This document shows positions 26,698 through 35,433 of a DNA stretch of 52,556 nt, one piece after another. The stretch's first letter is position 1. The number at the start of each line of letters is the position of its first letter. This DNA is from Candidatus Micrarchaeota archaeon (GTDB lineage Archaea; Micrarchaeota; Micrarchaeia; Micrarchaeales; Micrarchaeaceae), in assembly GCA_028867285.1 (NCBI GenBank), contig JAGWGP010000001.1, positions 1-52,556 on the forward strand, in the 5' to 3' direction. Position numbers and translations under genes: made by a program. The notes beneath the pieces were generated by a model, which was given only the letters and a program-made list of their open reading frames with translations, searched no databases and was not told where the DNA came from.

Positions 26698-27501
26698 ATG
26701 GCAAAACCCAACAAGAACAAGCTCAAGAAGGCTGTTAAGAGGCCTGCTCCCAAGCAGAAGGCAAGGGCAGGCAAGATCGCAAAGTTGATAAAGAGGCCGA
26801 GGCCCGCGCAGAGGAGTTCCGCGGCAAAGAGGCAGGCGAAGCCGGTGCAGAGGGCAAGGGAGACGAAGGAAAGGGGAGGCACCGCCAACCAGGATGCCAT
26901 AACCCAGAAGCTCAAGAGGTTCGAGGCCGGGGAGGACATGGCGATGAGCAGGAGGGCCAGGTCCAATGTGAGCATACCGGAGCCCGAGCTGGTCAAGCAG
27001 ACCGTAGAGAACCTGGTGGCCAACGAGAACGCCATAGAGTACCTCAAGAAGAACGTGAGCAAGAGGAGTGTGGAGGTGCTCGACATGCTGATAACCCCAA
27101 AGACCGACGAGTACATGGCGGAGAAGCTCGAGATGAAGATCAACGCGATAAGGAGGATACTCAACATAATGCAGGGCTACGGCATAACCAATTATTACAT
27201 AAGCAAGAACACCAACGGGTGGCTCTCCTTCTCGTGGTACATCAACACGAGCAAGCTCCAGCCGTTCCTCGACTACATAAATAACATGGAGAGGGACAGC
27301 GCAGTGGTCAACGAGAACTGCAACGATTACTTCATATGCAACGACTGCTACAAGACCGACAAGCTGATATTCACCTTCGATGCGGCGTACGAGAACAGCT
27401 TCAAGTGCAACTGCGGTAACAGCCTCGAGAGGATGGACAGCAATGAGGTTGCGGGAATGCTGAACAAGAGAGCCGCATCAGCGGAGGAGAAGGTCCAGTA
27501 A
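26698..27501 (+). CDS. tfe: Transcription factor E (TFE alpha) with basic N-terminal extension
   Basis: TDEYMAEKLEMKINAIRRIL winged helix, GWLSFSW, zinc ribbon CNDC..FDAAYE..FKCNCG..L. Confidence 0.85.
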   Translation: MAKPNKNKLKKAVKRPAPKQKARAGKIAKLIKRPRPAQRSSAAKRQAKPVQRARETKERGGTANQDAITQKLKRFEAGEDMAMSRRARSNVSIPEPELVKQTVENLVANENAIEYLKKNVSKRSVEVLDMLITPKTDEYMAEKLEMKINAIRRILNIMQGYGITNYYISKNTNGWLSFSWYINTSKLQPFLDYINNMERDSAVVNENCNDYFICNDCYKTDKLIFTFDAAYENSFKCNCGNSLERMDSNEVAGMLNKRAASAEEKVQ

Positions 27502-27542
27502 ATACTGCGCATACAGGCATTTAACCGTGCGGCGGTATCTCT

Positions 27543-28358
27543 ATGAGCCATAGGATAAACAGGCAGATGCTTGCGGAGGCTACGGAGGAACTCTACAACA
27601 GGCCTGATTCCGGGAACGCCAAGAACCTCCTCAGGGACACGGTCAACAGCCTCGACAAGCTGTGGACCGGATTCCTTGCGCCCGTCTTCCAGGTGGACGC
27701 GCCGCCGCCCTTCATGTGGAATCGAAGCCCCAGGAGCATAGTGGAGAACATAACTGATACGCTGGGCATAAGGCGGAACATCGTGCTCAGCCTCGACCAG
27801 TACGAGAGGGAGAGGCGCTTCTTCGAGCACATAATAGTGAGCCTGAGGCAGAAGACAATCGCGGGCAGCACCGGTAAGATAGTCATGGCCGGCTTTGCCC
27901 TGCCTGATGCGAGGAGCCTGTCCGACCATAGGGTCATAGACAGGTGCATAGCGTCGATGGCAAGCCAGGCGATGAAGGACAGCAGCATGGTGTGGCTGAC
28001 AGAATATGAGAGTTATGGGGTTCAACCCATAGACAGCGTGCTGAACCTTCACCTGCCGAAGCTCGAGGGGATGGTGGCGAGGGCGTTCCTGGTCAACAAT
28101 TTCGAGGACGCGAGGCGCAATGCGGATGACAGGACCCTCGATCAGGCGAAGCTCATAAATTCGCTGCTGAGGAATAGCGGCGGCCAGAATCCCTTGGAGA
28201 TGGTGAGGGGCTACCTCAGGATGATGGAATGGGATTCCGATTATGCCGATTTCGGCATCGCACACCTCCACAACAAGATGCAGTACATGAAGAAGACAGG
28301 AGAGGTGTACAGGCAAAACGGGGGCAGCCTGGCCTCTGTCTCAGAAACATATAAATAA
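27543..28358 (+). CDS. Hypothetical protein
   Basis: 271-aa ORF with typical codon usage; no motif recognised. Confidence 0.65.
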   Translation: MSHRINRQMLAEATEELYNRPDSGNAKNLLRDTVNSLDKLWTGFLAPVFQVDAPPPFMWNRSPRSIVENITDTLGIRRNIVLSLDQYERERRFFEHIIVSLRQKTIAGSTGKIVMAGFALPDARSLSDHRVIDRCIASMASQAMKDSSMVWLTEYESYGVQPIDSVLNLHLPKLEGMVARAFLVNNFEDARRNADDRTLDQAKLINSLLRNSGGQNPLEMVRGYLRMMEWDSDYADFGIAHLHNKMQYMKKTGEVYRQNGGSLASVSETYK

Positions 28359-28381
28359 CGCCGCCGACTAAATCATATCAT

Positions 28382-28456
28382 AGCGAGGTAGGGTAGCCTG
28401 GAGTGCCCGCCGGGCTCATAACCCGGAGATCGATGGTTCAAATCCATTCCTCGCTA
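28382..28456 (+). tRNA. Initiator tRNA-Met(CAU)
   Basis: A1-U72 acceptor AGCGAGG/CCTCGCT-A; CCGGG-CT-CAT-AA-CCCGG with three consecutive G-C pairs. Confidence 0.93.
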
Positions 28457-28620
28457 TTTCAGGCTTATTTTAGCTCAAATTTCACAAAAACAAAGCTCGG
28501 TAGGGTTCACTTCCGCTAATATTTTGTTTTGTCTGACCTTTTATAATTAGATTAACTACTTTCCTACAACATACTATATAAGAGAAAGTTGCGCGATTAC
28601 CGGAACTGTGGGGTGCTGCT

Positions 28621-29109
28621 GTGAGTGAAAACGTAAGTTACGACTATCTGTGGCAGACTCTGGAAAACGAGAAGAGGACCAACCAGCTCACCCAGATACC
28701 CAAGACGTTCTACACCGACACTATAACCTTTATAAACAGCATTGACCAAAATACTAGGGAGGCAAACCTCAGGAACAATGCCGTTCGCCTGCTGACAGAG
28801 CTCTTCGAGATAAGGAAGCAGAAGATACTCGTCTACGTCGCGTACAACAAGCACGTGCCGCAGCAGATAGCCGCAAACGAGCAGGAGTTCTACAGCCGGA
28901 TAAGCGAGATATCAAGGAACAACAGGATCGAGCTCAACCAGTCAAGCGGCGGCTCCGCAAGGAAGGCCAAGTCGATCATGGACATACCGGAGATACTCCT
29001 CCCTTCTGGCAACAAGGCGGGCCCATTCAAGAAGGAGCAGATAATAACAATGGACAACGAGACGGACCTTAAGTTCCTCGTCGACAGTTCGATATGCGCA
29101 TATTTATGA
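28621..29109 (+). CDS. GINS15 (Gins51) replication factor
   Basis: EK...LTQIPKTFY, LFEIRKQKI and NEQEFY A-domain; DIPEI..GPFKK B-domain; conserved position upstream of rpl44e. Confidence 0.78.
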   Translation: MSENVSYDYLWQTLENEKRTNQLTQIPKTFYTDTITFINSIDQNTREANLRNNAVRLLTELFEIRKQKILVYVAYNKHVPQQIAANEQEFYSRISEISRNNRIELNQSSGGSARKAKSIMDIPEILLPSGNKAGPFKKEQIITMDNETDLKFLVDSSICAYL

Positions 29110-29124
29110 AGAAAGTTGGTTAAG

Positions 29125-29409
29125 ATGAAGATAAAGAAGGAGATAAACGTATACTGCCCGAAGTGCAACAAGCACACGCTTCACACGCTGAAGATGCCGT
29201 CGAAGGGCGCACAGAGGGGGCTCAGCAAGGCCACAAGGAGGCACAACAGGGCCATAAGGGGATATGTGGGAAGCGTAGAGCCCAAGATACACCCCAAGAA
29301 GCTCGGCAAGAGGCAGAAGGTCCTGCTCGTCTGCAAGGAGTGCAAGTTCACTGTCGAGAGGGTCTTCGGCGGAAGGACCAAGAAGAAGATAGAGATCAAG
29401 GCGCAATAG
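29125..29409 (+). CDS. rpl44e: Ribosomal protein eL42 (L44e)
   Basis: YCPKCNKHT.H, RGYVG, CKEC. Confidence 0.93.
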   Translation: MKIKKEINVYCPKCNKHTLHTLKMPSKGAQRGLSKATRRHNRAIRGYVGSVEPKIHPKKLGKRQKVLLVCKECKFTVERVFGGRTKKKIEIKAQ

Positions 29410-29414
29410 CAAGG

Positions 29415-30212
29415 ATGCTCATGGAACAAAAGGCGTTGCCTAACGTTGGAGAGCTGGTAATAGCCAACATAAGCAAGATAGGCAAGTTCGGCGCCTACTG
29501 CAGGCTACCTGAGTACAACGACCTCGAGGTCTTCCTCCCGATAAGGGAGGTATCCTCCGGATGGATAAAGAACATAAGGGAGTTCATACACGAGGGCCAG
29601 AGGATAGTCTGCGAGGTGGTCTTCTACGACAGGGAGAAGAACACGATCGACGTCTCGCTGAAGAGGGTCCCCGCGGCCAAGGCAAAGGCGAGGATAAGGT
29701 CATACAACCTCGAGAAGAGGCTGGCCGGGCTGTTCGCCCAGGCTGCCAAGACCTCAAAGGAGGAGAACAAGGAGGCGCTGGCGTCCATCGCGCTGTCGGA
29801 GTTCAAGACTTACACGGAGCTGGTGTCCAACGCAGCCGAGAACACGCCGCAGTTCGCCGCGTCCAAGCTGCCCAAGAGGTTCAAGGAGGCGCTGCTGAAG
29901 GCGCTTGAGACCAACAGGAAGAAGAGGAGGTTCGTGGTCTCCTACATAATGAAGCTCTACACGTACAATACGATGAGCGGCGCCACCGAGCTCAGGAAGC
30001 TGCTGGGTGAGGTAAGGGACACGGGCATAGAGGTCAGTTACATAGGCGCGCCAAGGTACAGGCTCGTGTCGGAGGATGTTGATTACACCAAGGCCGAGGA
30101 CAAGATAAGGAGGGCCGAGGCAATAATAAAGGAGAGGCTGACCAAGGGGGTCTTTGAGATAGAGAAGGAGAAGCTCAAGAAGGCGAAGGAGGACATACTG
30201 GAGGAGATATGA
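29415..30212 (+). CDS. eif2a: Translation initiation factor aIF2 alpha
   Basis: LPNVGELV, S1 domain EVSSGWIKNIR, IDVSLKRV, YIGAPRYR. Confidence 0.95.
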   Translation: MLMEQKALPNVGELVIANISKIGKFGAYCRLPEYNDLEVFLPIREVSSGWIKNIREFIHEGQRIVCEVVFYDREKNTIDVSLKRVPAAKAKARIRSYNLEKRLAGLFAQAAKTSKEENKEALASIALSEFKTYTELVSNAAENTPQFAASKLPKRFKEALLKALETNRKKRRFVVSYIMKLYTYNTMSGATELRKLLGEVRDTGIEVSYIGAPRYRLVSEDVDYTKAEDKIRRAEAIIKERLTKGVFEIEKEKLKKAKEDILEEI

Positions 30213-31009
30213 CCATGGCGATCGAGAGGACCACTATCAAGGTCAAGAAGGGAGCCAGGCCAAACAGCCCGATACTCATAGTCGGCCTCCCGGGCATAGG
30301 CAACGTGGGCAAGCTCGTGGCCGAGCACCTCAGGAAGGAGCTCAAGGCCGAGAGGATAGCCACGCTCTACTCGCCGCACTTCCCGCACCAGGCGCTGATG
30401 CTGAAGAACGGCTCCGTCAGGCTGGTCTCCAACAGGTTCTACCTCGCCAAGTCGCCGAAGAAGGGGGGCAGCGACATAATAATCCTGACCGGGGACACGC
30501 AGGCAGTGTCGCCGGAGGGGCAGTACGAGGTCAACTCGAGGATAGTCGAGTTCTTCGCCAAGAGGCTCAAGGGGAGCTTCATCTACACGGTGGGCGGCTA
30601 CAACCTCGGCGAGCCTATAGTCAAGGAGCCCAGGGTGTTCGGCAACGCCACGTCAGGCAAGGTGATCAAGGGCTTCAAGAGCACCAACGTCATATTCGGC
30701 AAGTCAAGGGGGGTCATCTGGGGATCCGCCGGCCTCATCATAGCGTTCGCGAAGATGAAGGGCCTGGACGGGCTGTGCATCATGGGAGAGGTGGGGCCGT
30801 TCGACATAGACGCGAGCGCCGCAAAGGCGGTCATAACCACGCTGTCCAAGAAGTTGGGGCTGGAGATACACACCCAGAACCTCGACAAGATGATAGAGCA
30901 GACCGCCAAGCTGGTCAGGGAGCTGGAGAAGCAGGCCGGCATGCCTGCGCCGCTGGAGTCCGGCACAGAGGCGGGCTCCAAGGAACACAGGCCCTCTTAC
31001 ATACGCTGA
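30209..31009 (+). CDS. PAC2-family proteasome assembly chaperone homolog
   Basis: GLPGIGNVGKL, YSPHFP, TGDTQ, GSAGL..A, CIMGE. Confidence 0.9.
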   Translation: MTMAIERTTIKVKKGARPNSPILIVGLPGIGNVGKLVAEHLRKELKAERIATLYSPHFPHQALMLKNGSVRLVSNRFYLAKSPKKGGSDIIILTGDTQAVSPEGQYEVNSRIVEFFAKRLKGSFIYTVGGYNLGEPIVKEPRVFGNATSGKVIKGFKSTNVIFGKSRGVIWGSAGLIIAFAKMKGLDGLCIMGEVGPFDIDASAAKAVITTLSKKLGLEIHTQNLDKMIEQTAKLVRELEKQAGMPAPLESGTEAGSKEHRPSYIR

Positions 31010-31016
31010 TGCTTAC

Positions 31017-31089
31017 GCGGGTTTAGTCTAGCCTGGTAGGACTCGAGCTTCCCAAGCTCGTAGCCCGGGTTCAAATCCCGGAGCCCGCA
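31017..31089 (+). tRNA. tRNA-Gly(CCC)
   Basis: GCGGGTT/AGCCCGC-A acceptor, CGAGC-TT-CCC-AA-GCTCG, TTCAAAT. Confidence 0.93.
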
Positions 31090-31106
31090 CATAACATGGT
31101 GAACAG

Positions 31107-31430
31107 GTGGATCCGCTTTACTTCAACGTACTGGACTACGTGACGATACAGCTCTACGCCTACATAGTCACCAGGAAGATCTTCGAGCGGATGAACAGGA
31201 GGAGGCTGATGCGGCGCGAGAGGCGCAACAGGGAGTTCACCGACCTCGAGAACTTCACCTCCCTGATAGTGAGCTTCATAATAGCGGGCAGCATATTCAG
31301 CGGCATAAGCGGGCTGTTCCCGGACATCGCCGCGCTCAACGCCCCTATCTGGCTAGCAGACCTTGTCCTCATCGGAATCGGCTTCTTCATAGCCAGGGCG
31401 CTCGGACTGCTGGAGAACCCATACGCATAG
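31107..31430 (+). CDS. Small membrane protein
   Basis: 107-aa ORF with three hydrophobic segments. Confidence 0.65.
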   Translation: MDPLYFNVLDYVTIQLYAYIVTRKIFERMNRRRLMRRERRNREFTDLENFTSLIVSFIIAGSIFSGISGLFPDIAALNAPIWLADLVLIGIGFFIARALGLLENPYA

Positions 31431-31495
31431 GCGCCAGCCCCAACAGCAGGCTTAAATATTGGGAGAATCTTATCCAAACTGAGATAGGGGGTGCG

Positions 31496-32698
31496 ATGAA
31501 GTTCCTGGTAGATGCGAACCTTCCTCCCGAGCTTTGCAACCTGTTCGACAGCTACGGCCACATAGCAAAGCACGTCAACGACACCACGTTCAGCAAGGAC
31601 CCGCACATACTCAGGCACGCCATAAGGGAGGGCTACATAATAGTGACCCAGGACATCGGCTTCCAGGAGCGTATTATAGGCCAGTCCATAGGGCCCAAGG
31701 GGCTGTTCATCCCGCCAAAGACCAGCGGGATCCAGATCGCAATCATACCCTCATACTGCAGGGAGGACAGGGGCAGGGTCATGGCCGAGGCATCCAAGCT
31801 AAGGGCCGCGTATCGCCATATGCACAAGGTACATCTTGACGATGACGAGACGCACTCCCCGGGGTGGAAGCACAGGTACTGGGAGCTCAGGGGCGTGCCG
31901 CTCAGGATAGGGGTCTCGGACAGGGAGATAACCGCAAACAGCACCGTAATCATAAGGAAGAACGCCGTCGAGAAGCCGAAACTCGGCATCTGGGGCGTGG
32001 ACGAGAGGCTGGAGGAGCTGGTACGCAAGATGAGCAGGGGGTTCTACCATCTGCCACAGGGCGCAAAGGGGCTGGTGATGATACGCGGCTTCTCCAGGTC
32101 CAACGGCGAGAGGCTGGCCGAGGACCAGAGGAAGAGGATATACGAGGCCCTTGACGGGATGCTCAAGTCCATGGTGACGATATCCTTTGCAAGGGCACAG
32201 CTGGTGGACATAAGGGTCGACAGGGACGCCACCTGCTACAGGATCCACGACAGGGCCACGGGAGGCGGGATATACCTTAACGAGATACGCGAGATACACA
32301 ACTTCGAGGAGAAGCTCGCCTACCTGAGGCAGGCGACCGGCATGAGCTGCTCCAGCATCATAGAGGACCAGGAGAGGGTCGTGAACGGGAGGAAGGTGGT
32401 TAACAGCCACAGGAACTTCCTCAGGGGGCCGCTCAGCTACATAGCCAAGAGGGTGGACACCGCAGCGGCAGCAGGCATAGACGTGACCCTGGAGCACAAC
32501 GTCACCAAGGCCATAAACAAGAAGGACAAGCAGTTCAACAGGTGGGTCAGGGCGGCCGCGCATCCGGAGAGGGCGCTAGAGCTGGAGAGGCTCCTGCAAT
32601 CGGAGCACAAGACCAGGCAGCAGCAGGGCACCAACTTCAAGCAGCCCTACATAATGTCAAACTCCAGCAAAAGCAATAATAAAGTCAAAACCAGATAG
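31496..32698 (+). CDS. DUF5615/VapC45-like PIN domain with inserted ProRS-type anticodon-binding domain and unknown C-terminal region
   Basis: MKFLVDANLP..D..IL..A.REG.IIVTQD.GF is PIN-like. GLFIPP..IQIAIIP..DD...SPGWK..YWELRGVPLRI matches the ProRS HGTP anticodon domain. KGLVMIR resumes the PIN fold. Confidence 0.8.
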   Translation: MKFLVDANLPPELCNLFDSYGHIAKHVNDTTFSKDPHILRHAIREGYIIVTQDIGFQERIIGQSIGPKGLFIPPKTSGIQIAIIPSYCREDRGRVMAEASKLRAAYRHMHKVHLDDDETHSPGWKHRYWELRGVPLRIGVSDREITANSTVIIRKNAVEKPKLGIWGVDERLEELVRKMSRGFYHLPQGAKGLVMIRGFSRSNGERLAEDQRKRIYEALDGMLKSMVTISFARAQLVDIRVDRDATCYRIHDRATGGGIYLNEIREIHNFEEKLAYLRQATGMSCSSIIEDQERVVNGRKVVNSHRNFLRGPLSYIAKRVDTAAAAGIDVTLEHNVTKAINKKDKQFNRWVRAAAHPERALELERLLQSEHKTRQQQGTNFKQPYIMSNSSKSNNKVKTR

Positions 32699-32704
32699 AT
32701 AGCC

Positions 32705-33001
32705 ATGTCAACCAGGGAGGCGGACCGCAGAAGCGTAAGGGACGAGTTGCTCACCAACCCTACCGAGGCGTCGGTCACCCGCCTGGTCAAGCAGCATCCG
32801 GACATCGCCACTCCCAACGACATAGTCGCGCTTCTGGGAACGGACAACAGGAGGATAGCCAACATAATCATCGAGAACATGGGCAGCATGCCGCTGGTGT
32901 CGCAGAGCGACGCCGTGAAGAGGGCCCTCGAGGCCTACGCGCTCCGCTCAAGCAGGGATCCCGCGTTCCTGGAGAAATACCTGTCATACAGGAGGAGATA
33001 A
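32705..33001 (+). CDS. Hypothetical protein (operon with PIN fusion)
   Basis: 98-aa ORF starting 6 nt after the upstream stop. Confidence 0.7.
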   Translation: MSTREADRRSVRDELLTNPTEASVTRLVKQHPDIATPNDIVALLGTDNRRIANIIIENMGSMPLVSQSDAVKRALEAYALRSSRDPAFLEKYLSYRRR

Positions 33002-33002
33002 G

Positions 33003-33422
33003 ATGGAGGTCGCAATAAAGGACGGCACAAGGATAAACAGCTCCACCTACTACGCCGCATCGAAGATGGCATACGAGGTGCACCGCCTCCTAGCAACAGC
33101 CCGCGTACTTGACGCCGGGGCAAAGGAGCCGGATACGCTATCCATGGCACTCAGCTATGCTCGCGAGCTGAAGGGCTCTGACAAGCCCCTGCTCAGGCAG
33201 GCGCTCGAGTTCATCGGGCCAAAGCTGATATCCTCATCCGCAGCAGCAGGCAACAAGATGGGGGTAGACCGGATACTCGACCTGGCGATCGGGGAGCTGG
33301 AGCATGTAATGGCCGCAAAGAGGACAGACCCAAAGGCCAACATCTACTCTGCCATACTGTTCAAGGAGCTGTTCGAGTACTACGTAAAGATGAAGCTCGA
33401 GGCGGAGGCCAGGGGGCTATAG
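33003..33422 (+). CDS. Hypothetical helical protein (operon with PIN fusion)
   Basis: 139-aa ORF, 1-nt gap, AGGAGG Shine-Dalgarno-like sequence upstream. Confidence 0.72.
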   Translation: MEVAIKDGTRINSSTYYAASKMAYEVHRLLATARVLDAGAKEPDTLSMALSYARELKGSDKPLLRQALEFIGPKLISSSAAAGNKMGVDRILDLAIGELEHVMAAKRTDPKANIYSAILFKELFEYYVKMKLEAEARGL

Positions 33423-34169
33423 CGCAGCCATCAGCCAGAAGAGCCCGACCGCAACGATCCCGCCTATCACGCTGGAGAAGAAGTTGGAGGTGTACTTGTT
33501 GCCGGTTCCTTTCTCCTCAAAGTAACCCAGGGCGGAGTCCATCACGTTGCCTATGAACCCTCCCGCAATCACCGACGCGTAGAGCGCGAGCATCGGCATC
33601 GAGAGCCAGAGCGCGGGGCCGTGCACCAGCGTCCCGTAGCCAACCGGCAGGGACGATGCAACCACAAATTTTGCGACAGTTATTGCCGGAGCCGCCATTA
33701 TCGCCGATGCGACAAGCCCGGCCCCCAGCCCAAGCAGGGTTACTCCCCCTGAGGTGCCTATCCTGACCCTCCTCCAGCCGAATATCATCACCGGCCTGCC
33801 GCCGAACACCCCTATCTCGCTCCCGAACTTGTCTGCCGTGACAGCCGCAACGCTGCCCACGAATCCCACAAGGAAGAGCAGATTGGCGTGGCTCATGGGC
33901 AGGTAATTGGTGGACAGGAAGAACCCGACCGCCATGAACAGGGGGGCCAGTCCGTTGGCCAGGACGTTCCTCACTCCCCTGTCCCTCTGGTAGGTCCCGA
34001 CCCGTTTTTTGTACGCGGTCCCGAAATCTGTGGCAAGAGCAGCCACCACAATGAACACTATGGACTCCAGTACCATGAAGTAGCCTATCCCCAGGCCCAG
34101 GAACCAGAGCAGCGCTCCGAATACAAAAGCGAGTACGACTCCCATTCTGTCGAGGGTAAAAATCGCCAT
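33417..34169 (-). CDS. DUF92 (TMEM19-like) membrane protein
   Basis: RGVRNVLANG, ADKFGSEIG, GTSGGVTLLG, G..DSALG..E, N..SNF. Confidence 0.9.
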   Translation of the reverse strand: MAIFTLDRMGVVLAFVFGALLWFLGLGIGYFMVLESIVFIVVAALATDFGTAYKKRVGTYQRDRGVRNVLANGLAPLFMAVGFFLSTNYLPMSHANLLFLVGFVGSVAAVTADKFGSEIGVFGGRPVMIFGWRRVRIGTSGGVTLLGLGAGLVASAIMAAPAITVAKFVVASSLPVGYGTLVHGPALWLSMPMLALYASVIAGGFIGNVMDSALGYFEEKGTGNKYTSNFFSSVIGGIVAVGLFWLMAAL

Positions 34170-34244
34170 GTCAACATTCCATTTTAATGAAAATATTCCG
34201 CTATTTGGAAAGGTTTTTAAGCCTATTTTTCTTTACCATATTAC

Positions 34245-34340
34245 GGGTTCTCTACTGTAGGAAGGTCGTGAAGAACTGGTCGCCTTGCCAGCATGGTTAA
34301 CCCCATGCTGGCACTAATTCTATGTCAATCTTTCATAGCT
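34245..34340. other. Intergenic three-hairpin element (candidate ncRNA or regulatory structure)
   Basis: GTTCT/AGAAC (34247-34276), perfect 11-bp TGCCAGCATGG/CCATGCTGGCA (34286-34313), CTATG/CATAG (34320-34338). Confidence 0.35.
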
Positions 34341-34471
34341 GTTTAGCAGCGACAGGTATTTATATCTTATAACAGCGCGAGCTCTCTAAAATATTATATA
34401 TGCGGGGCGCCGCCTCATCTTTTTATACTTATACCTCCATAATCTATCGCTACTAATTATAGGGTGTCTCT

Positions 34472-35422
34472 ATGGCAAAGGAGAAGGCGATAAAGGAGCT
34501 TGAGGATCTTCCGGGGATAGGCGAGACCACGGCCGAGAAGCTGAGGGCAGCTGGCGTCACTGGCCTCGAGAAGGTCGCCACCATGTCCGAGCACGACCTC
34601 AGCGAGCTCAGCGGCATAAGCGTGGAGGCAGCCAAGAAGGCCATAGCCGCCGCCATAGATGCCACCACGCTCGAGTACCAGACCGGGGCTCAGGTCTACG
34701 AGAGGAGGCAGGAGCTCGGCAAGATATCCACCGGGTCAAAGGACCTCGACGAGATGATCGGGGGCGGTGTCGAGACCAACGCCATAACCGAGGCATACGG
34801 CAGGTTCGCCAGCGGCAAGTCCCAGCTCGGGTTCCAGCTCACGGTCAACGCGCAGCTGCCCAAGGACAAGGGAGGGCTGGACGGAGCGGTGATGTTCATA
34901 GACACCGAGGGCACGTTCAGGCCCGAGAGGATAGAGGCCATAGCCGAGGCCCAGGGCATGGACCCGAAGAAGACGCTGGAGAACGTCATAGTCATAAGGG
35001 CCACCACCACCGACCAGCAGATACTGGCGGCGGAGAAGGCGGACAAGCTGATAGCAGAGAAGAACGTCAAGCTGATAGTCGTGGACTCGCTCACCTCGCT
35101 CTTCAGGGCGGAGTTCGTTGGCAGGGGGGCGCTGGGAGAGAGGCAGGGCAAGCTGAACCAGCACATACACAGGCTGCAGATGCTCGCCGACAAGCACAAC
35201 CTTGCGGTCTACATAACCAACCAGGTGATGGACAACCCCGGCATAATGTTCGGCGACCCCACGACGCCCATAGGCGGCCACATACTCGCGCACGCGGCAA
35301 CCACCAGGCTGTACATGAGGAAGAGCAAGGAGGACAAGAGGATAGTCAGGCTGGTTGACTCGCCGAGCATGCCTGAGGGCGAGAGCATAATCAAGATAAC
35401 GCCCACTGGCATAAAGGACTGA
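34472..35422 (+). CDS. radA: DNA repair recombinase RadA
   Basis: HhH LPGIG, GRFASGKSQ Walker A, IDTEGTFRPER, LIVVDS, GRGALGERQ. Confidence 0.97.
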   Translation: MAKEKAIKELEDLPGIGETTAEKLRAAGVTGLEKVATMSEHDLSELSGISVEAAKKAIAAAIDATTLEYQTGAQVYERRQELGKISTGSKDLDEMIGGGVETNAITEAYGRFASGKSQLGFQLTVNAQLPKDKGGLDGAVMFIDTEGTFRPERIEAIAEAQGMDPKKTLENVIVIRATTTDQQILAAEKADKLIAEKNVKLIVVDSLTSLFRAEFVGRGALGERQGKLNQHIHRLQMLADKHNLAVYITNQVMDNPGIMFGDPTTPIGGHILAHAATTRLYMRKSKEDKRIVRLVDSPSMPEGESIIKITPTGIKD

Positions 35423-35433
35423 AGACTGATAAG

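Noticed and set aside
28457..28620. AT-rich gap as a replication origin
   Set aside because: No ORB-like repeats and no cdc6/orc1 nearby; explained by tRNA terminator plus promoter
29163..29414. N-terminal extension of aIF2 alpha
   Set aside because: Alternative frame of rpl44e
31017..33422. Integrated mobile element at tRNA-Gly
   Set aside because: No integrase and no duplicated tRNA 3' end seen; codon usage resembles the host genome
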